Position numbers and translations under genes: made by a program. A DNA stretch of 64,000 nucleotides. Source: an uncultured Verrucomicrobiae bacterium. GTDB lineage: Bacteria > Verrucomicrobiota > Verrucomicrobiia > Limisphaerales > Palsa-1400. The stretch covers positions 1,152,001-1,216,000 of the forward strand of contig CAVXRD010000001.1 in assembly GCA_963764165.1 (NCBI GenBank), read 5' to 3'. Below are positions 63,907-64,000 of this stretch, piece after piece (position 1 is the first letter of the stretch; each line of letters begins with the position of its first letter). The notes under the pieces are model-generated. The model saw nothing but the letters and a program-made list of their open reading frames with translations, did not search any database and was not told the DNA's origin.

Positions 63907-64000
63907 ATGGCCATCATCAACCAAGCAACAAGGGAGCTTCAGGTCAAAATAGTATATTACGGCCCCGGCAAGGGCGGCAAAACCACCAATCTGGAGCAAG
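63907..64000 (+). CDS. mglA: MglA-family small GTPase (5' part, runs off the window)
   Basis: MAIINQATRELQVKIVYYGPGKGGKTTNLEQ matches the MglA KIVYYGPG..GKTTNL motif. Confidence 0.88.
   Translation, partial: MAIINQATRELQVKIVYYGPGKGGKTTNLEQ

Overview
GC-rich bacterial chromosome segment. Gene content and protein style suggest Verrucomicrobiota, subdivision 3 / Pedosphaera-like (inference). Housekeeping core: fkpA-like PPIase, OPT transporter, pilB/gspE, mfd, rpoD, clpB, hprK-ptsH-gatC-gatA, cysI-cysH, coaB, a two-component pair and mglB-like/mglA. A 12-gene complex I-like operon (nuoA-B-C-D-I-H-J-K-L-M-M-N) lacks nuoEFG, has two nuoM genes and has a ~26-aa-lengthened NuoL helix. Accessory genes include a >=1980-codon beta-propeller surface protein missed by the ORF track (5940 to <1), a second 1400-aa propeller protein, WG-repeat, LRR and ECF-sigma genes. 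A tRNA-Ile2(CAT) is surrounded by decayed integrase, vapBC and doc fragments. The most striking unexplained signal is a dispersed non-coding module found three times complete and once truncated: four TGTnRC direct repeats, an IHF-like core, two more repeats and T5. The last spacings are identical (12/31/9 bp), but each copy uses its own hexamer (TGTTGC, TGTGAC, TGTAGC); one complete and one half copy bracket a WG-repeat gene. Other highlights are an ECF sigma factor fused to an apparently circularly permuted secretin-like domain, a 140-bp MITE inserted in a REP loop with a 4-bp target duplication, and a 20-aa C-terminal peptide shared by two unrelated exported proteins. All calls are by eye, without database searches.
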